Shown here: piece after piece, positions 29,393 through 32,000 of the stretch | How positions within the stretch are numbered: position 1 is the stretch's first letter | Layout: each line of letters opens with the position of its first letter | DNA from: Candidatus Atelocyanobacterium thalassa isolate ALOHA | GTDB taxonomy: Bacteria > Cyanobacteriota > Cyanobacteriia > Cyanobacteriales > Microcystaceae | Length of the DNA: 32,000 nt | Assembly (NCBI RefSeq): GCF_000025125.1 | Contig: NC_013771.1 | Coordinates: 1,350,001-1,382,000, forward strand | Direction of reading: 5' to 3' | Translations under genes and position numbers: made by a program | Notes under the pieces: generated by a model | What the model was told of the DNA's origin: nothing | What the model saw: the letters and a program-made list of their open reading frames with translations, nothing else | Databases searched by the model: none

Positions 29393-30244
29393 TTAATTAC
29401 TATTCACTAACCAAGAAAATTCACCAATTCCATACCAAAAATATACAAATATAACGGACATTAAAAAGGTTATCAAAAAGCTTATAGTTAGGTAATCAAA
29501 ATTATTGAATGATGATTCATGTAAATAAGTTCTGTTAGAGCTCCCCGAAAATGATTTAGATTGCAATACAATTTCTATTTGATTCGTTTTAGCCATGGAA
29601 TTGAGAATTAGAGACACAGCAAGATTTAAGTAAATTATAGCTTTTTTTTTAAAGCTAACTTTATTTAAAGCCAACCCTCTTAACTTCTGAGCTTCTAAGA
29701 TAGATTGTATTTCTTCAACTAAGAGGGGGAAGAATCTCAAGGTAGAGGAAAAAATAAAAACAATCTTATATGGTATTTTCATTTTTACCATTCCTATAAC
29801 CATGTCGTTGACATCAGTAGTAAAAATCCCTAATGGAATTATTAAAACCATATTTAAGGTCTTAAATATTATGTTAAGTCCATAAAGTATACCTTCATAA
29901 TTCATTGTCAGCCCTCCAATCCAGAACCAGCTACTAGGTAAAATAAAAATAGGAGTTAAATCATTTATATTTAACAAGACTTTTATCTGATCAATATAAA
30001 AAAATCCTGTAACAATTAATATAAAGGAGTGAAAAGGTATCATGAACATAAATATTTTTTTAAAATAATTTAGCTGTATTCCAGCTAAAATACAACCATA
30101 TCCGATAACTAAACTTAATAAACCCTCAGTAAAAGGGCTTTCCCAAAGGAATGTAATTATAGTAACAACTATAATCATCAATAATTTGGTTCTAAAATCT
30201 AAGTAAGTAAAAAACGATTTTTTATTAACTGTTTCAAATTTCAT
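29393..30244 (-). CDS. ecfT: ECF transporter transmembrane (T) component, EcfT/CbiQ family
   Basis: It is a polytopic 283-aa protein lying immediately downstream of the ECF ATPase gene. Its start overlaps that gene's stop by 11 nt. An Ala-Arg-like coupling region lies around AQKLRGLAL. Confidence 0.75.
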   Translation of the reverse strand: MKFETVNKKSFFTYLDFRTKLLMIIVVTIITFLWESPFTEGLLSLVIGYGCILAGIQLNYFKKIFMFMIPFHSFILIVTGFFYIDQIKVLLNINDLTPIFILPSSWFWIGGLTMNYEGILYGLNIIFKTLNMVLIIPLGIFTTDVNDMVIGMVKMKIPYKIVFIFSSTLRFFPLLVEEIQSILEAQKLRGLALNKVSFKKKAIIYLNLAVSLILNSMAKTNQIEIVLQSKSFSGSSNRTYLHESSFNNFDYLTISFLITFLMSVIFVYFWYGIGEFSWLVNSN

Positions 30245-31958
30245 GATAATTAAAGCAATCTACTATTTCATCAGGTGTTAAAGCAAGATATTTATTGTCT
30301 ATATTTCGATTTATTTCTTGCATCAAGAAAACTGCTTGAGGCGGAAAAAGATAAGTAGACTTTAATAGTTCTAGGTCATGATAGGCTTCATTGATGGAAG
30401 TATCTAGTATAATTTTCCCTTCTTTCATAAGAATAACCCTCTCAGCATAGTTTGACATCAGATACAGATGATGGGTTATGACTATAATAGTTTTTCCGGC
30501 TTCATGTAATTTACGAGTAATATCCAGGATTGAACAAGCACCTTTGTAATCTTGACCAGTTGTAGGTTCATCAAAAATAATTATTTCTGGTTCCATAGCT
30601 AAAATTGCAGCAATAACGATTCGTGCACGATCACCTTTAGCTAATGAAAAAGGATGAGATTGAAGAAACCCTAGTAAACCAAGTTCTTCTAAGATTACAT
30701 AAACTTTATTTTTAATTTGACTTTTATCATAACCTAAATCATTTAAGGCAAAAGCTACTTCATCTTCTACTGTCATGTTGAAAATTTGGTTGTCAGGATT
30801 TTGTCCTACATATCCAATAATTTTAGATATATCACTGATAGATAAAATTTTCGCATTCTTGTTTTTTATTTGTACAGTTCCCTGTGTGGGTTGTAAAAGA
30901 TTTAAGAAATGCTTAACTAAAGTACTTTTTCCTGAGCCATTTTGACCAGCAATTAAAACATACTCTCCTGAAAAAATATCAAGAGATACTTGATTTAATG
31001 CCTTTAACTTATTCTTATAATAATAAGTTAAATCTTTTGCAGATAATAAGCGTACTAAATTTTTTTTGAGTGTTTTATGATTTTTTTTGACAGTAGTTGG
31101 TATTGTAATATTGCTTTTTATCTTTTTTAAGATTCTAATTCCTTGTTCCAACGTAACAGGAATTTTAGATAAATTAATTCCTTTCGCTTTAATATCGTAG
31201 AATATTTTAGCTACTTGTGGAGGACGTAGATCGTGAGACTCTATTAAAGGAATTTTTGTATATATCTCTTGTGGAGATCCTATCTCAATTATTTCTCCAT
31301 GAGATAGCAAAGCTAAGCGATCGCTAAACTGAGCCATTTCTTCTGATGCATGAGATACCATTACAATTGTTATTCCTAATTCTTTATTCAATTCTTTAAC
31401 AACAGAAAAAACTTCTTGAGAACCTACGGGATCAAGCTGTGAAGTTGGTTCATCTAGTATTAATAGTTTCGGCTTTAAAGCAATTGCTGCAGCAATTGCC
31501 AAACGTTGTTTTTGTCCCCCTGATAATTCCTGAGGGTGTTTGTTTTCCATCCCTTCTAATCTAACTGCCGTTAAAGCAGATGAAATACAAGTGATAATTT
31601 CTTCACGCTTAATACATAAATTTTCTAATGCAAATGCTATTTCATTAATAACTGAAGTTGATACTAACTGAGTTTCTGGATCCTCAAAGACAGAACCTAT
31701 ATAGCGAGATAAATAGCTTACTGGATATTTTAGAGTGTCTAATCCTGCTACTTTGATATATCCGAAAAAGCGTCCCCCATAAAACTGTGGAATTATTCCA
31801 TTTAGTGTTAGACATAATGTTGTTTTTCCGGATCCGGTAGGACCTATAATTCCTAAAAACTCTCCTTTCTGAATATTTAAAGAAATATTTTTAAGGACGG
31901 GTTTTGTCGAATTAGGATAAACATAAGAAACCTTATCTAAACTGGCTATTATTTCCAT
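30234..31958 (-). CDS. Fused tandem ECF/ABC ATPase (EcfA-EcfA'-type, CbiO-like)
   Basis: NBD1 has Walker A GPTGSGKTT, signature LSGGQKQR and Walker B LLILDEPTS. NBD2 has Walker A GQNGSGKST and Walker B IIIFDEPTT, but its signature position reads SLAKGDRAR. The length is 574 aa. Confidence 0.88.
   Translation of the reverse strand: MEIIASLDKVSYVYPNSTKPVLKNISLNIQKGEFLGIIGPTGSGKTTLCLTLNGIIPQFYGGRFFGYIKVAGLDTLKYPVSYLSRYIGSVFEDPETQLVSTSVINEIAFALENLCIKREEIITCISSALTAVRLEGMENKHPQELSGGQKQRLAIAAAIALKPKLLILDEPTSQLDPVGSQEVFSVVKELNKELGITIVMVSHASEEMAQFSDRLALLSHGEIIEIGSPQEIYTKIPLIESHDLRPPQVAKIFYDIKAKGINLSKIPVTLEQGIRILKKIKSNITIPTTVKKNHKTLKKNLVRLLSAKDLTYYYKNKLKALNQVSLDIFSGEYVLIAGQNGSGKSTLVKHFLNLLQPTQGTVQIKNKNAKILSISDISKIIGYVGQNPDNQIFNMTVEDEVAFALNDLGYDKSQIKNKVYVILEELGLLGFLQSHPFSLAKGDRARIVIAAILAMEPEIIIFDEPTTGQDYKGACSILDITRKLHEAGKTIIVITHHLYLMSNYAERVILMKEGKIILDTSINEAYHDLELLKSTYLFPPQAVFLMQEINRNIDNKYLALTPDEIVDCFNYHEI
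31317..31324. repeat. Single HIP1 octamer (GCGATCGC)
   Basis: This is an exact match to the cyanobacterial highly iterated palindrome, inside the ECF ATPase gene. It is the only copy I found in the window. Confidence 0.6.
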
Positions 31959-32000
31959 AATGGTTAATAGATTGCTGATTGAGGTTTAACAATACTGATA

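Noticed and set aside
1-32000. A search for tRNA, rRNA, CRISPR arrays, IS elements and MITE-like repeated spacers.
   Set aside because: There are no GC-rich islands or T-loop-like GTTCGAATC motifs in the intergenic DNA. I saw no periodic direct repeats, and no transposase, integrase or Cas-like ORFs. The short shared strings between spacers (for example aaacattag at about 24489 and 24561) are too short to be meaningful in AT-rich sequence.

Overview
This is a visibly AT-rich, gene-dense window whose intergenic spacers are almost free of G/C. The gene content is cyanobacterial housekeeping. I support about 27 protein-coding genes. They include the 3' part of zwf followed by opcA, then pyrD, an M16 peptidase, hemF, oligopeptidase A, ycf54, pdxJ, proS, aroE, an ArsA/Get3-type ATPase, cobM, lhgO, ubiX, a GT2-GtrA fusion glycosyltransferase, dnaG, and an ECF-transporter T component plus a fused double ATPase. 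Two short ORFs fall below the ORF-track cutoff and were found by reading the sequence: petN (29 codons) and a 44-codon membrane ORF 13 nt downstream of it. Several clean stem-loops sit at gene ends, mostly at convergent junctions. I see no tRNA, rRNA, CRISPR array, transposase, integrase, restriction-modification or toxin-antitoxin genes. I also do not see a convincing novel multi-gene system, so this reads as an ordinary core-genome region of a probably genome-reduced unicellular cyanobacterium. The items most worth a second look are: (1) a stand-alone HerA/DUF87 ATPase isolated by long non-coding spacers with no nuclease partner; (2) the petN-linked 44-codon ORF; (3) an ECF ATPase with one degenerate signature motif and no S component in view; (4) a GT2-GtrA fusion and a DUF2079 (GT-C-like) membrane protein that could form a lipid-linked sugar pathway; (5) two spacers of about 600-700 bp that might hold gene remnants or RNAs. 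All family assignments come from motifs read in the translations and from memory of those families. No searches were run.
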